From positions 16,383 to 80,382 of the forward strand of contig JBGTDX010000083.1 of assembly GCA_041748075.1 (NCBI GenBank): 64,000 bases of DNA, given 5' to 3'. Shown here in pieces: positions 9,438-20,339 of this stretch (positions are counted from its first letter, which is position 1; every line of letters begins with the position of its first letter). The DNA comes from Thermoanaerobaculia bacterium. Its GTDB lineage: Bacteria > Acidobacteriota > Thermoanaerobaculia > Gp7-AA8. The translations under genes were made by a program, and so were the position numbers. The notes below the pieces were generated by a model. It was not told where the DNA came from. It ran no database searches and saw nothing but the letters and a program-made list of their open reading frames with translations.

Positions 9438-10607
9438 ATGAGGGCACTCTGCTGGTTCGGCAAACATGATGTCAGGATTCAGGAAGTCAGCGATCCGACA
9501 ATCCTCAATCCGCGCGACGCGATCGTCCGCGTGACTTCCACCGCAATCTGCGGCTCTGATCTTCACCTCTACAACGGCTACATCCCCACCATGCGCGAAG
9601 GCGACATCCTGGGCCACGAGTTCATGGGTGAGGTCGTCGAGACAGGGCCTGCGGCCAATGGCTTGAAGACCGGTGACCGGGTCATCGTTCCCTTCTGCAT
9701 CGGATGCGGCAACTGCTACTTCTGCGACAAACAGCTGTGGTCCCTCTGCGACAACTCGAATCCCAACGCGTGGCTTCCGGAGAAAATCTATGGCCACGCC
9801 CCATCGGGACTCTTCGGCTACTCACACCTTACCGGGGGTTACGCCGGAGGACAGGCGGAGTACGTTCGCGTGCCTTACTCGGATGTGAACTGCTTCAAGG
9901 TTCCTCAAACGCTTCGAGACGAGCAGCTGCTTTTCCTCACCGACATCTTTCCCACCGGATATATGGCTGCCGAGAACTGCAACATCCAGAAGGACGATAC
10001 GGTGGCCGTCTGGGGCTGCGGCCCCGTCGGACAATTCTCCATCAGAAGCGCGTGGATCCTGGGTGCCGGACGCGTGATCGCCATCGATCGATTCGAAGAG
10101 CGGTTGGATCTCGCGGCAAGTGACGACAGAACCGAGACCATCAACTACGAAGAGTCCGATGTCTTCGACACACTCAAACTGATGACGGGCTCGCGCGGCC
10201 CTGACGCCTGCATCGATGCAGTCGGGCTCGAATCGCACGGTACGAGTATCGACGCCATCTATGACCAGGCCAAACAGGCTGTCCGCCTCGAGAGTGATCG
10301 CCCTCACGTTCTACGCCAGGTGATCCATGCCTGCCGTAAGGGCGGAACGGTGTCCATTCCCGGCGTCTACGGCGGGTTCATCGACAAGGTTCCATTCGGT
10401 GCCGCCTTTCAGAAGGGGCTCACTCTCAAAATGGGGCAGACTCACGTCCATAGGTACGTTCGTCCCCTGCTCGACCTGATCGAGCGAAGCGAGATCGACC
10501 CATCCTTCGTCATCAGTCACGAGCTCCCGCTTGAAGATGGGCCTTACGGCTACCAGATCTTCAAAGACAAAGAGGACGGCTGCACGAAGGTCGTGCTCAA
10601 GCCGTAG
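9438..10607 (+). CDS. zinc-dependent alcohol dehydrogenase, glutathione-independent formaldehyde dehydrogenase-like
   Basis: [17 protein letters not shown]...ICGSDLHLY has the Zn-ligand pattern, and there is a CxxCxxC structural-zinc motif ([10 protein letters not shown]). The start is the internal ATG at 9438. Confidence 0.75.
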   Translation: MRALCWFGKHDVRIQEVSDPTILNPRDAIVRVTSTAICGSDLHLYNGYIPTMREGDILGHEFMGEVVETGPAANGLKTGDRVIVPFCIGCGNCYFCDKQLWSLCDNSNPNAWLPEKIYGHAPSGLFGYSHLTGGYAGGQAEYVRVPYSDVNCFKVPQTLRDEQLLFLTDIFPTGYMAAENCNIQKDDTVAVWGCGPVGQFSIRSAWILGAGRVIAIDRFEERLDLAASDDRTETINYEESDVFDTLKLMTGSRGPDACIDAVGLESHGTSIDAIYDQAKQAVRLESDRPHVLRQVIHACRKGGTVSIPGVYGGFIDKVPFGAAFQKGLTLKMGQTHVHRYVRPLLDLIERSEIDPSFVISHELPLEDGPYGYQIFKDKEDGCTKVVLKP

Positions 10608-10634
10608 TTCGGTGGCGTCAACTCAGAGCCCTAC

Positions 10635-10722
10635 GTGTCATCCTGAGCGCAGCGAAGGATCCCCTCAGATCTTGCGATACAGCCGGTAGGCGGGGGATCC
10701 TTCGCTGCGCTCAGGATGACAC
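10635..10722. repeat. palindromic MITE-like repeat, copy 1 (inner palindrome GTGTCATCCTGAGCGCAGCGAAGGATCCCC ... GGGGATCCTTCGCTGCGCTCAGGATGACAC); a degraded outer arm tggcgtcaact lies upstream
   Basis: Read directly; the same roughly 30-bp arms recur at 47237, 54355, 59731 and 63348. Confidence 0.7.
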
Positions 10723-10830
10723 TCGCTACTGCGCGGACTAAACCTCCTTTGCCGTGCGGCACACGCAAAATGCATGATGAATGCGCGATCATCTTGAATC
10801 CCACACCCCTGGGGTTCACAATCTCCGCGC

Positions 10831-12513
10831 GTGGCTCTGACGATCATCGCGGTCGCCTTCGTTGCTCTCCTCTGGAGTGCGTACCACTTTTATGGTCGCT
10901 GGCTGGCAAACCAGTTCGCGCTCGACGACGCCCGGACCACGCCCGCCCATCTGCTCAACGACGGCGTGGATTTCATTCCGGCAAAACGTTTCTACCTTTT
11001 CGGCCAGCATTTCTCGGCCATCGCAGCGGCCGGCCCGATCGCAGGACCGATCATTGCCTGCCAGGCGTTCGGCTGGCTGCCATGTCTTCTCTGGGTCGCG
11101 CTCGGCGTCGTTCTCATCGGAGCAGTTCACGATCTGGCTGCACTGACGGCGTCGGTTCGTCACGGCGCCCGGTCGATTGCAGAAATCGTCCGTGAACACA
11201 TGGGCAACGGCGCCGGAATGGCGATGATGGCGTTCATCTGGATCGCCCTGGTCTACGTCATCATCGCGTTCGCCGACATCACGGCGGCCAGCTTCGCGGG
11301 AGGTATTGACGAGCTGGTAGGAGCGAGTTTGACATTCAACGCCGGAGGCGCGGTCGCCGCAGCCAGCATCATGTATCTGATGCTCGCGATCCTGATGGGC
11401 ATCATCCAGCGCTTCCTCAAACCACCGCTGTGGCTCATGACAATCATCTTCGTTCCGGCGACGTTCGGGGTCGTCTGGTTCGGAACGAAGATCTCCACAC
11501 TGCTTCTCATGGATGCGAAGACCTGGGCCGTGCTGATCCTCGCCTACTGCATCGTTGCGTCGGTCGTTCCGATGTGGGCGCTGCTGCAGCCCCGCGGATA
11601 CCTCGGCGGGTTCGTGCTGTATATCGCCCTTGCGCTCGGCGTCATCGGCGTTTTCTTCGGTGGCTATGAAATCCGCCAGCCGGCGTTCCGGTCGTGGGAT
11701 GTCGGAGGGATGACCGGAATGCTTTTCCCCTTCCTCTTCGTCACGATCGCCTGCGGCGCGTGCTCCGGATTTCACGGGCTCGTTTGCTCCGGAACGACAT
11801 CGAAGCAGATCGACCGGGAGACACACATCCGCAGCGTTGGCTATGGTGCCATGCTCGCGGAAGGATTCGTCGCACTGATCGCGCTCGTGACGGTGATGAT
11901 CGTCGCCCAGGGCGATCTGGAGGGACTGAAGCCGGGAACCATCTATGGAAACGGAATCGGTGAGTTTCTGACGCTCATCATCGGAAAAGAGCATCTGAAT
12001 TTCGCGATCACGTTCGGCGCGATGGCATTCTCCACGTTCGTGTTCGATACCCTCGACGTCTGCACGCGTCTCGGACGCTACATCGTGCAGGAGTTGTTCA
12101 AATGGCAGACCTCAATGGGCGCTCTGGTCGGAACTCTTCTGACGATCGCGCTTCCCTTCTACTTCGTGCTCGCATCGGAAGAAGGAAGCTGGATCCGGTT
12201 CTGGACGCTTTTCGGCGCTTCGAATCAGCTTCTGGCGGCCCTGACTCTGCTCACGATCACCGTGTGGCTCTACAAATCGCGACAGCGAATCGGGTTCACG
12301 CTGCTTCCGATGACATTCGTTCTCGTCATCACGCTGTGGGCGCTGGTGAAGCTGACCACGGCAAACCTGGCCATCTCGGAAGGTGTCGATCTGGCTCTCG
12401 TGAACGCAGTGGCTTCGGCTTCGCTCATCGTGCTGGCTCTGTACATCGTGATCCGCGCCCTGATCACGATGCGCACGCCGGGAGTCAGGGAGCTGGCACC
12501 GGTCGAGGGGTGA
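10831..12513 (+). CDS. cstA: carbon starvation protein A family transporter
   Basis: 560 aa polytopic membrane protein with the CstA N-terminal signature (YHFYGRWLANQF...FGQHFSAIAAAGPIAGPI). Confidence 0.85.
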   Translation: MALTIIAVAFVALLWSAYHFYGRWLANQFALDDARTTPAHLLNDGVDFIPAKRFYLFGQHFSAIAAAGPIAGPIIACQAFGWLPCLLWVALGVVLIGAVHDLAALTASVRHGARSIAEIVREHMGNGAGMAMMAFIWIALVYVIIAFADITAASFAGGIDELVGASLTFNAGGAVAAASIMYLMLAILMGIIQRFLKPPLWLMTIIFVPATFGVVWFGTKISTLLLMDAKTWAVLILAYCIVASVVPMWALLQPRGYLGGFVLYIALALGVIGVFFGGYEIRQPAFRSWDVGGMTGMLFPFLFVTIACGACSGFHGLVCSGTTSKQIDRETHIRSVGYGAMLAEGFVALIALVTVMIVAQGDLEGLKPGTIYGNGIGEFLTLIIGKEHLNFAITFGAMAFSTFVFDTLDVCTRLGRYIVQELFKWQTSMGALVGTLLTIALPFYFVLASEEGSWIRFWTLFGASNQLLAALTLLTITVWLYKSRQRIGFTLLPMTFVLVITLWALVKLTTANLAISEGVDLALVNAVASASLIVLALYIVIRALITMRTPGVRELAPVEG

Positions 12514-12522
12514 GATAGACTA

Positions 12523-12625
12523 GTGACGAATGACGAATGACGAATGGAGACGACGGCGTCGCACCCACGCGAAGGGTGGGTGTGCATTCGTCATTCGTCA
12601 CTCGTCATTCGTCATTCGTTGATCA
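12523..12625. repeat. long hairpin with heptamer-repeat arms (GACGAAT x3 against CATTCGT x4-5), with a nested GC hairpin in the loop
   Basis: The sequence reads gtgacgaatgacgaatgacgaatgga ... cattcgtcattcgtcactcgtcattcgtcattcg. It lies between the cstA stop and the M64 peptidase start. Confidence 0.6.
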
Positions 12626-12651
12626 CTCGTACCAACGACGACAGGAGACTT

Positions 12652-14079
12652 ATGCGACCGACTCGAACTGTTCTCGCCGCGCTGTTGCTTACCATCACTT
12701 CGACGATTCTCGCCCAGGGCGGCTTCGACCAGCACTTCACGGGCGACACCATGCGCGTCGATTACTTTCACACGGGCGGAATGGGCAAGGAGATCGTCAG
12801 CCTCGACAACATCGTCTCCGATGGCCCATGGCCCGGCAGCCGAACGCGGCTCATCGATCCCACCAATCTCGGGAAATACCTGTTCGTCGTCGTCGATCGC
12901 GAAACCAATCTGACGATCTACTCGCGGGGATTCGCTTCCGTCTTCGGAGAATGGGAGACTACGGCCGAGTCGAAAAAGGTTCATCGCACCTACCACGAAT
13001 CTCTGCGCTTTCCCTGGCCGAAGAACCCCGTACAGGTCGTACTTCGAAAGCGGGGTGACGACGGAAGCTTCCGCGAAGTCTGGTCAACCCTCGTCGATCC
13101 GAACTCACGCTTCGTGAATCGGGGACGCGCAAAACCAGTGGGACGCATGACGACGATTCTCGACAGTGGGCCTCCATCACAGAAGGTGGACCTGCTTCTC
13201 ATCAGCGAAGGCTACACGGAGGCCGAACTGCCGAAATTCCGCGCGGATGCAAAACGTCTGCTCGACAGACTCTTCGCGACGGAACCCTTCAAGAGCAGGA
13301 AGAGCGACTTCAATGTCCGTGCACTCGAGATCCCGGCTGAGGAGAGTGGCGTCAACCAGCCGCGGACCGGCGAGTTCCGCCGCACGGCGATCGGGACTCA
13401 ATACAACATCTTCGACTCCGAACGGTACATCCTCACGCTCGACAACAAAGCCTTCCGCGATGCCGCTTCCGCCGCGCCTTACGAGTTCGTCGAGATTCTC
13501 GTCAACGAAGCCCAGTACGGAGGGGGAGGCATTTTCAACGATCAGGCGACCACGTCGGTCGACAGCGCCTACTCCGAATACGTCTTCGTTCACGAGTTTG
13601 CGCACCACTTCGCGGCTCTCGCCGACGAGTACTACACCTCGGACGTTGCTTACGAAACGGGCGGGACCGATCATCCGGAACCGTGGGAGCCAAACATCAC
13701 GGCGCTACACGATCCTGCAAAGCTGAAGTGGCGCCACCTGGTCGAGCCGGGAACTCCCATCCCGACGCCGTGGGACCAGGCGGCGTTCGACAAACACAGC
13801 TACGGCGTCCAGGGCGAGCGGCGCGAGATCCGACGGAAGGGTGAACCAGAGTCCGTGATGGATCGCCTCTTCCGCGAGCAGCAGGCCTGGGAGACGAAAT
13901 TTCTAGCGTCGCAAAAGCATGCGGGCAAGGTCGGCGCGTTCGAAGGCGCGGGCTACGAGGCCAGGGGCCTGTATCGTCCGGAGATCGACTGCATCATGTT
14001 CACGAGGAACGACGTCGGATTCTGTGCGGTCTGCACCGAGGCCATCGAGCGGATCATCGACCTCTACACGAAGCCTTAG
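12652..14079 (+). CDS. secreted zinc metallopeptidase, M64 (IgA-peptidase-like) family candidate
   Basis: Signal peptide; HEFAHHFAALADEYY is the HExxH ... ADEY pattern typical of M64. The internal ATG at 12652 is preceded by AGGAGA. Confidence 0.6.
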   Translation: MRPTRTVLAALLLTITSTILAQGGFDQHFTGDTMRVDYFHTGGMGKEIVSLDNIVSDGPWPGSRTRLIDPTNLGKYLFVVVDRETNLTIYSRGFASVFGEWETTAESKKVHRTYHESLRFPWPKNPVQVVLRKRGDDGSFREVWSTLVDPNSRFVNRGRAKPVGRMTTILDSGPPSQKVDLLLISEGYTEAELPKFRADAKRLLDRLFATEPFKSRKSDFNVRALEIPAEESGVNQPRTGEFRRTAIGTQYNIFDSERYILTLDNKAFRDAASAAPYEFVEILVNEAQYGGGGIFNDQATTSVDSAYSEYVFVHEFAHHFAALADEYYTSDVAYETGGTDHPEPWEPNITALHDPAKLKWRHLVEPGTPIPTPWDQAAFDKHSYGVQGERREIRRKGEPESVMDRLFREQQAWETKFLASQKHAGKVGAFEGAGYEARGLYRPEIDCIMFTRNDVGFCAVCTEAIERIIDLYTKP

Positions 14080-14120
14080 AGATCTGAGAGCAACAATGTA
14101 AGGTCTGCGCGGATCCCATT

Positions 14121-14150
14121 CCCCTCTCCCCGTGTGAACGGGGAGAGGGG
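14121..14150. terminator. very stable GC hairpin CCCCTCTCCCCG-tgtgaa-CGGGGAGAGGGG, about 40 nt after the M64 peptidase stop
   Basis: A 12-bp perfect stem. A second copy of the same stem (ccctctccccgacttcgcggggagaggg) lies at 14283-14310, and a half-copy at 14221-14232. Confidence 0.5.
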
Positions 14151-14254
14151 TCAGGGGTGAGGGGCCGCGCAGGCAATTCGAATGCAGCCGACTGGCATGC
14201 GTAGCTGCAAGCCCCCAACGCCCCTCTCCCGGCGCGCGACGATCTCGCAAGTCC

Positions 14255-15739
14255 TCAACGTCTGCGCGGAGGCCGCGCGCCACCCTCTCCCCGACTTCGC
14301 GGGGAGAGGGAGAGCACGCGAGCGTCACCCGACTGGTTCATCGCTTCCGCGTCATTCGCAATTGCGCGCGCGAGATCGCTGAAGATAAGACCGTGCAGCG
14401 GGTAGAGAGCGTACCAGTACAGCACACCGAACAGGCCTTTCGGCGCGAAAAGCGCCGTCTGCACGAGTTTCGAGACGTTGCCCTCTTCCACCACTTCCCA
14501 CTGCAACCAGGCGCGACCTGGAACTTTCATCTCGGCGCGCAGGCGCAGCAGATGACCCTGCTCGATCGCCTCGACGCGCCAGAAATCGAGCGCCTCTCCG
14601 ACGAAAAGCTTCTGACGGTCGCGGCGTCCACGGCGCAGGCCGGGACCTCCGAAGAGGCGGTCCATCCATCCACGAACTCGCCACGCAAAGTTCCAGCGAT
14701 GCCATCCGCGATCCCCTCCAAGTGACGTGAACGCGGCGAACACCTTCTCCGGCGAAGCGTTCACTTCGATCGAGCGGACCTCGCGCATCATTCCTTCCCG
14801 ATCGGTCAATTCATAGGCAGGCGTGTCGTGCAGTGCGCCGCTCCAGCGCGTTTCGATCTCGATGTCCGGCTCGATCGCTGCAATCACGGCATCGCGATAG
14901 GACGTCGGCTTGATTTTTGGGAAGAGCTCTTCCGCCCGGCCTGTGTCCGCGACGACCGGCTCGACGATCCCTTCCATGAGAGGCACGGCCAGCCGGTTCG
15001 GGATCGGCGTGACGAGTCCCACCCACAAACCGGCAATGCGGGGAGCAAGAACAGGAACCGCGATGATCTTCCGCCGAAGCCCCCTCACGTCCGCGTACGT
15101 CTGCATCATCTGCCGAAAGCTCAGTCTGTCGGCACCGATCTCCACGATGCCCGACGCATCGCTTTCCGTTGCCGCGACCAGATAGCTGATGACGTCCCGG
15201 ATTGCGATCGGCTGCACGAGGTTCTCGATCCAGCGCGGCGCGACCATTGCCGGCAACCGCTCGGTGAGATACCGAAGCATTTCAAAGGACGCGGAACCCG
15301 ACCCGATGATGGGGCCGGCACGGAACTCCAGCGCCGGCAGCGAAGCTCGTAGAATCGATCCCACTTCCGCGCGGCTGCGCAGGTGCTCCGATCGCCCCTC
15401 TCCGGTCGGCAGGAGCCCTCCGAGATAAATCACCTTGCGCAGAGTCCGCGGGGAGGCGGCGACGAACGTGTCTGCTGCGCGGCGATCGGTCTCCTGGAAG
15501 CCTTCGGCCATCATCGAGTGAACCAGGTAGTAAGCCTGGTCGACATCCGCGAGTGCCCGCTCCATCGACTCGCGGTCGAGCAGGTTTCCTTCTACGACCT
15601 CTACTGAATCAAGCCACGGGCGGCCGGCAATCCGCGAGGCGTCCCGTACGAGCACGCGGACCTGATGACCCGCTGCAAGCAAAGGAGGGATGAGACGTCC
15701 GCCGATGTAGCCGGTTGCGCCCGTGACGAGAATCCGCAT
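14255..15739 (-). CDS. NAD-dependent epimerase/dehydratase (SDR, NmrA-like) fused to a DUF2867-like C-terminal domain
   Basis: MRILVTGATGYIGGRL Rossmann N-terminus. The C-terminal 20 codons run through the GC hairpin repeat, so the true stop may have been altered by the repeat. Confidence 0.65.
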   Translation of the reverse strand: MRILVTGATGYIGGRLIPPLLAAGHQVRVLVRDASRIAGRPWLDSVEVVEGNLLDRESMERALADVDQAYYLVHSMMAEGFQETDRRAADTFVAASPRTLRKVIYLGGLLPTGEGRSEHLRSRAEVGSILRASLPALEFRAGPIIGSGSASFEMLRYLTERLPAMVAPRWIENLVQPIAIRDVISYLVAATESDASGIVEIGADRLSFRQMMQTYADVRGLRRKIIAVPVLAPRIAGLWVGLVTPIPNRLAVPLMEGIVEPVVADTGRAEELFPKIKPTSYRDAVIAAIEPDIEIETRWSGALHDTPAYELTDREGMMREVRSIEVNASPEKVFAAFTSLGGDRGWHRWNFAWRVRGWMDRLFGGPGLRRGRRDRQKLFVGEALDFWRVEAIEQGHLLRLRAEMKVPGRAWLQWEVVEEGNVSKLVQTALFAPKGLFGVLYWYALYPLHGLIFSDLARAIANDAEAMNQSGDARVLSLSPRSRGEGGARPPRRR

Positions 15740-15740
15740 G

Positions 15741-15956
15741 TCAGGCCGTTACGACGCCCCAGCGACGCTGAATCGCCCGGAACGTGACGATCTGGTAGAG
15801 AGCGGCCAGGCCGACCAGCGCGTAGACGATACTCGCGAGGATCGTTCCCGATCCGAACAGCGCCGCTACGAGATTGAAATCGAGAATGCCGACCAGGCCC
15901 CAATTCAGGCCTCCCACGACTAATAGAACTGCAGCAATGACATCGATGGGCTTCAT
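15741..15956 (-). CDS. small membrane protein (DUF378-like)
   Basis: 71 aa with two TM segments (GGLNWGLVG motif); 2 bp from the upstream SDR gene. Confidence 0.5.
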   Translation of the reverse strand: MKPIDVIAAVLLVVGGLNWGLVGILDFNLVAALFGSGTILASIVYALVGLAALYQIVTFRAIQRRWGVVTA

Positions 15957-16123
15957 GATTGATTTCCTTTTTAGAGTTCACGAGGCACGCCAACCCGGAG
16001 TGCGGCTGGCGGCCGTCGTGAGGGTTGAAATGTTGAGGCTTAGTTCGGCCGAAATGCACGGCGGTGGTCATCACGACACCGTGACCCTTGCGGGCATGGG
16101 CGCTGCGGTTATAATCCGCGCCC

Positions 16124-17512
16124 ATGCAAGAGCTTCAGGAGTTTTTGAACGCGGCGTCGAGCTTCGTCTGGGGACCCTGGCTTCTGGTTCCTCTTCTTCT
16201 GTTAACGGGCCTCTACCTCACGGTCATCCTGCGGGGAATTCAATTCCGGGAGCTCGGCCGTTCGCTCTGGCTTGCCCTGGTTGTCCGAACCGAAAAGGGC
16301 GCCGACGGCGACATCAGCCACTACCAGGCGTTGATGACGGCTCTGGCAGCGACGGTGGGGACCGGAAACATCGTCGGGGTCGCGACTGCGATCGCCCTAG
16401 GGGGGCCGGGGGCACTGTTCTGGATGTGGATGACGGGGCTCGTCGGAATGGCCACCAAATACTCCGAGGCTCTGCTGTCGGTGAAGTACCGGATCACGGA
16501 TCATTCGGGCGAGCAGGCGGGCGGGCCGATGTACTACCTGCGGGATGGCATCAGGTCGAAGCCGCTCGGAGCAACTCTGGCTTTTCTGTTCGCGCTATTT
16601 GCCTCGGTTGCGGCCTTCGGGATCGGCAACATGGTGCAGTCCAATTCTGTTGCCGGTGCCCTGAACACATCCTTCGGAATCCCGACGTGGATCAGCGGGC
16701 TCGTCATTGCTCTACTGGCAGCCGCCGTGATTCTCGGAGGGATCAAGTCGATCGGGCGCTTCAATGCCCTGTTCGTCCCGGCGATGATCGTCGCCTACAT
16801 GATCGGCGCATCCGTGATCATCGCCATGAATATCAGTAGCGTTCCCGAGGCGTTCCGACTCATCTTCACGAACGCATTCACGCCGACAAGCGCCGCCGGA
16901 GGATTTCTCGGCGCCTCCGTGATGGCCGGAATCCGGTACGGTGTGGCGCGCGGTATCTTCTCGAACGAGTCCGGGCTCGGATCGGCCGGCATCGCAGCTG
17001 CTGCCGCGCGGACCCGCGAGCCGGCTCGGCAGGCATTCGTCTCGATGACGCAGACTTTCATCGACACGATCGTGGTCTGCACATTCACAGGCGTCGCGAT
17101 CATCTCGACCGGAGCCTGGACCTCGGGAGAAGGAGGGGCAGCGATCACCCAACTCGCGTTCCGCGAGGGACTTCCCGGCAACTGGGGCGGCTGGATCGTT
17201 GCCATCAGCCTCTCGATGTTTGCTTTCTCGACGATCCTCGGCTGGAGCTACTACGGCGAGAAGTCGATCGAGTATCTGCTCGGCGAACGGTCGAAACTTC
17301 CCTACCGCATCCTCTTCGTCATCGCCACGTTCTTCGGAGCGATCTACAGTCTCGATTTCGTCTGGACCCTCTCGGACCTGATGAACGGCCTCATGGCGCT
17401 GCCAAACCTGATCGGATTGCTGCTGCTCAGCGGCGTGATCGTCGCGGAGACGAAGGCGTACATAGCGCGCCGGAAGGCCGAGGAGCCGATGAACAGGAGG
17501 GGCGGTCTATGA
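16124..17512 (+). CDS. alanine/glycine:cation symporter (AGCS family)
   Basis: 462 aa polytopic protein with a [12 protein letters not shown] sodium:alanine-symporter signature. Confidence 0.85.
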   Translation: MQELQEFLNAASSFVWGPWLLVPLLLLTGLYLTVILRGIQFRELGRSLWLALVVRTEKGADGDISHYQALMTALAATVGTGNIVGVATAIALGGPGALFWMWMTGLVGMATKYSEALLSVKYRITDHSGEQAGGPMYYLRDGIRSKPLGATLAFLFALFASVAAFGIGNMVQSNSVAGALNTSFGIPTWISGLVIALLAAAVILGGIKSIGRFNALFVPAMIVAYMIGASVIIAMNISSVPEAFRLIFTNAFTPTSAAGGFLGASVMAGIRYGVARGIFSNESGLGSAGIAAAAARTREPARQAFVSMTQTFIDTIVVCTFTGVAIISTGAWTSGEGGAAITQLAFREGLPGNWGGWIVAISLSMFAFSTILGWSYYGEKSIEYLLGERSKLPYRILFVIATFFGAIYSLDFVWTLSDLMNGLMALPNLIGLLLLSGVIVAETKAYIARRKAEEPMNRRGGL

Positions 17513-17613
17513 AAGCTGCGCTAAGCCGTGTTCTTTTTTCGCTCCCCCATCGCTGGGAAGAGTGGACGATTATCGAACCGCTGTCCTGGCCCTGCTTGGG
17601 TATGCGTGGGGGG

Positions 17614-17751
17614 GGGGCGCGGTCGGGAATACCATTGAAACGAAACCCTGATTCGGGCTGTTGTGTCCCCCATCCATCGGAATGGCTTCGTTTCGCAAAT
17701 CCCATATTGAGGACCGGTTGGCTTCGTTTCGTAATCGGCCCCCCCGCACGC
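17614..17751 (+). ncRNA. candidate structured RNA element: a 12-bp G10/C7-containing closing stem encloses about 110 nt with one segment and two alternative complementary partner copies
   Basis: gcgtgggggggggg pairs with cccccccgcacgc. Inside, ccattgaaacgaaacc can pair with either of two ggcttcgtttcg copies (17688 or 17720). It sits in a 516-bp non-coding gap between convergent genes; strand and function are unknown. Confidence 0.3.
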
Positions 17752-18028
17752 ATCGCCCCGATTGCCTTCCTTTCTTCAATCCACCTTCGACCGCCCGCAG
17801 TCGGCCTGTGGGCTTCCCGCCAGGAGACAGATTCGCCTCCGTCGTCGACATGATGCGTGATGTCCATACTGATCGGTGCGGTTACCGAAGTCGCTGGATG
17901 CGCTCGATCCCGTGCAGGGTTGGCGCGATGATATTTCCATCTCTATCACCTGCGGTTTCATAGTTCGCAGTGAGTGTTGCGCCGCCGAAGCGGCGAGAGG
18001 AGAAGTCGCGATTTTTCTTGCTTCATGG

Positions 18029-20254
18029 TCAATCCGCATCCGCTCGAACGCGCCTGACCGGCACGATCTCGACGCGCGTACGCGTCGCGACCGGCCGATC
18101 AAAGAAACGGTCGATACGAGACGTTGCCAGCGCGACCTCGCGTGAAGGCTCGAGGCGGAATTCGGCATCGTACGAGCCTGTCGGGGCCGACGCTGTCAGA
18201 ATCGTGTCGGGCTGATAACTGAGTGCAGTTAAACGCACAACTCCGAAGCTTCCCGTTGAGCTGCCCGCAAAGCTTTCCCGTCGACCGATGAAGTAACGTC
18301 CGCCCCCCATTGCGAAGTCGAACACCATGTTCCCTCCTCTTTCGTCGAGGCGAAGAGACGCCGTTCCTGCGAGCGCTACGCGAGACGACAGATCAAAGGA
18401 TCCCTGGAGGAGAGCCTCGACCAGGAGCCGTTGCCCGGGCCTCGTTTCCCCGGGCAGACAGGCCGTGCGTCCGAGAGTGCCACCTTGGCTCTCCCACTCG
18501 ACCTGGAAGCACGGCGGATCTTCGGCGCGGATCTCCAACACCGCAAGTTGAACTCGATCCAGACGGAATGCAGATCCCAGGCTCGGGTAGACGGCCACTC
18601 GTTCGGGGAATGAGGAGGGGTACTCGTCGAAGAGGTGCAGCCGATGCTCTCCGAGGTCGCGAATCTCCCGGCCGATCATCTTCGCCTGATGCAGCTCAGG
18701 CCAGTTCGAGCGACCGCCGCCTTTGCGCGCCATGGCCGTGCCTTTGTTTGCCACCGACTCGGGATCGAAGGTCTCGATGGCGGCGCGCAATGCCAGGCGA
18801 TGGGGCCCGTCGCTCTCGCTTCTGGGGCCGAAAGACTCGGCCAGGTTCGTCATCGTACCGAACGCGAGTCCCGTTGAAAAGGTCGCGCCATACAACGGGA
18901 TCCAGGAACCGCCATCAAACGAACCTTGAAGCTCCGCCCAGGCGAAGAGCGGTGGCAAACCGGAAACGCAAGAGAAACTGGTGTAAAGATGAGGGGGTTC
19001 GGACGTCAAGCCGAACATAGAGACATCGGGAACGACCTGAATGGAGGCTCGGCGAACCAGCAGTCTCAGTTCTTCATCATTGTGCCGGGCGAGTCGCTTT
19101 GCAACGTCTGCCTCGAAGGCGGGCCAGTACGAATCCACGAAGGACGGGCTGACGTTACGGGCAATGGACTGATCGAGCACTTCCTTGATCCTCTCCCGTT
19201 GCCGCCGGTCCGCAGATTGTCGCTGGGCCAGTTCGAGGCCACCAGCAAGGCCAGCCAACGCCAACAACAGTGCGGTTACCGCTACAGCTTGCCGGTACCG
19301 TCGCACCCATTTATAGCTGCGCCACAGCCAGGTGATCGGACGCGCATGGATCGGCTTTCCCTGCAGGAAGAGCTCGAGATCATCAGCCAGTTCGCCCGCC
19401 GTCCGATAGCGCCTTTCTGGCTCTTTTTCGAGACAGTGAAGCACGATCGCCTCGAGATCGCGGTCGACGTCGCGGCGGAGACTCGAAAGCTTCGCGGGTT
19501 CGTCCTGCAACACCTGGCGCAGTGTGTCGATGATCGACTCTCCACGAAACGGCGGACGGCCAGCGAGTAGATCGTAGAGAAGCGCGCCGAGGGCGTAGAT
19601 GTCCACGGCGGTGGTGAGGACCCGCCCCCCAGCGGCCTGTTCGGGCGCCATATAACTCGGCGTTCCGACGATCGCATCGCTCTTGGTGAGGCTCGGCTCG
19701 TTCCCGAAGCGCCGCGCCAGTCCGAAATCCGCGACCTGGGGTTCGCCCTGAGAATCGATCAGGACGTTCGCCGGCTTCAGATCGCGGTGAACGACGCCCC
19801 GCCTGTGTGCGTAATCGACGGCCCGAGCGGTCTTCATGATGATCGTGGCCGCGCCATTCTGCTCTCGTCCCATCTCGTCGGGCCGTTCCCGGAGGCTCTT
19901 CCCGTCGATCAGCTTCATCGTGAAGTAGTGCGTTCCGTCATGTTCTCCGACCTCGTAGATGGGGACGATGTTCGGATGATCGAGTTGTGCGGCGGCTTCG
20001 GCCTCTCGCCGGAAACGACGCACAGAACCTTCAGATGCGAAATCTCCACCCAGGATGACTTTCAGCGCGACGAGGCGGTCGAGAGTGACCTGACGCGCTC
20101 TGTAGACGATCCCCATCCCGCCGCGAGCGATCTCCTCGAGAATCTCGAAGTCGCCGAAGTAACGGAGTTGCGATCCCGCCTCAAGACCCTTCTTCTCCGG
20201 GTCGCGGTCGGGGCCTCCTGAGATGGTCGACTCGAAGGATGAATCGGGACTCAT
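18029..20254 (-). CDS. Ser/Thr protein kinase with a C-terminal domain of about 450 aa of unknown function
   Basis: Hanks kinase subdomains: GGMGIVYRARQ, VALKVI, HRDLKPANVLID, DFGLAR, GTPSYMAPE. Confidence 0.85.
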   Translation of the reverse strand: MSPDSSFESTISGGPDRDPEKKGLEAGSQLRYFGDFEILEEIARGGMGIVYRARQVTLDRLVALKVILGGDFASEGSVRRFRREAEAAAQLDHPNIVPIYEVGEHDGTHYFTMKLIDGKSLRERPDEMGREQNGAATIIMKTARAVDYAHRRGVVHRDLKPANVLIDSQGEPQVADFGLARRFGNEPSLTKSDAIVGTPSYMAPEQAAGGRVLTTAVDIYALGALLYDLLAGRPPFRGESIIDTLRQVLQDEPAKLSSLRRDVDRDLEAIVLHCLEKEPERRYRTAGELADDLELFLQGKPIHARPITWLWRSYKWVRRYRQAVAVTALLLALAGLAGGLELAQRQSADRRQRERIKEVLDQSIARNVSPSFVDSYWPAFEADVAKRLARHNDEELRLLVRRASIQVVPDVSMFGLTSEPPHLYTSFSCVSGLPPLFAWAELQGSFDGGSWIPLYGATFSTGLAFGTMTNLAESFGPRSESDGPHRLALRAAIETFDPESVANKGTAMARKGGGRSNWPELHQAKMIGREIRDLGEHRLHLFDEYPSSFPERVAVYPSLGSAFRLDRVQLAVLEIRAEDPPCFQVEWESQGGTLGRTACLPGETRPGQRLLVEALLQGSFDLSSRVALAGTASLRLDERGGNMVFDFAMGGGRYFIGRRESFAGSSTGSFGVVRLTALSYQPDTILTASAPTGSYDAEFRLEPSREVALATSRIDRFFDRPVATRTRVEIVPVRRVRADAD

Positions 20255-20339
20255 GCCTGACCCCCTCGCCGCAGCCTGGAACGATCAGTCATCCCATGAC
20301 GCTGCACGGAATCAGTATCGTGCAGGGACCCTCCCGAAG

